Positions 63,566-64,000 of a DNA stretch of 64,000 nt are shown here, in pieces. Location of the stretch: positions 45,060,227 through 45,124,226 of the forward strand of contig NC_068981.1 in the NCBI RefSeq assembly GCF_001194135.2, written 5' to 3'. Within the stretch, counting starts at the first letter, position 1, and the number at the start of each line of letters is the position of its first letter. The notes below the pieces were generated by a model, which saw nothing but the letters and a program-made list of their open reading frames with translations, had not been told where the DNA came from and ran no database searches. The position numbers and the translations under genes were made by a program. The stretch comes from Octopus bimaculoides (Eukaryota).

Positions 63566-63832
63566 AAGAGTTAGCAATAAATAGCTGCTCATCAGAACTT
63601 CTCTCAACTGCAAAGTCCAATATCTGGAAAGGATACAAACTTCAGATCACTCTCGCTATATTATATTCATGTATTAACTTAGACACCGAGATGCTTGTTT
63701 GGCACCAATGTTTAATATTTCTACCCCATTTGAAAATTACATATTTCACTATGATTGTTTATGAAAACATCATGCTTATAGCTTCATTATCTTTATTAAC
63801 GACCAATAAAGAAATTGGGCTGTTATGCAACG
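63566..63832 (+). CDS. Candidate symmetric phase 1-1 exon (unverified)
   Basis: ttttaatttctAG at 63565 and ACG|GTAAGG at 63833. The 267 bp are stop-free in one frame (ELAINSCSSELLSTAKSNIWKGYKLQ...EIGLLCN). No recognisable domain. Confidence 0.25.
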
Positions 63833-64000
63833 GTAAGGATTTACATAATGATATGTTGCGGTTTATGCTATCTACTTTGCAATGTCAATAGATATCCTAG
63901 CATTTGAAACGCGTGCAGTGATATTTTTATTACTTATTCCTTCTCACACGTACACAGACTCACACAAACACGCACACATATGTACGTATGTATATACATT

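Overview
AT-rich, microsatellite-dense animal genomic DNA with 13 N-gaps, most of them flanked by (AT)n/(GT)n/(CT)n tracts as in a short-read scaffold. The SINE sequences and repeat landscape suggest an octopus; this is inferred from recall, not from a database search. No host gene can be identified with confidence; there are only two weak exon candidates near 60.9 kb and 63.6 kb. Most ORF-track entries are microsatellite or gap artefacts. The informative content is a graveyard of degenerate transposons: RTE, Penelope-like (RT + GIY-YIG, several copies), L1/Tx1-like, R4/Dong-like (RT + RLE), CR1-group with a CCCH-type ORF1, mariner, hAT, and three tRNA-like SINE types (labelled A, B, C here). 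The most notable structures are: (i) a LINE inserted into the tRNA-like head of a SINE with a 12-bp target-site duplication; (ii) head-to-head RTE RT/endonuclease fragments resembling a twin-priming inversion; (iii) R4/Dong copies stacked in AAT-type microsatellites; (iv) an inverted Penelope pair with decayed hammerhead-like motifs; (v) several inverted repeats or hairpins not explained by the annotated elements. I see no CRISPR, rRNA, intact tRNA or clearly new multi-gene system.
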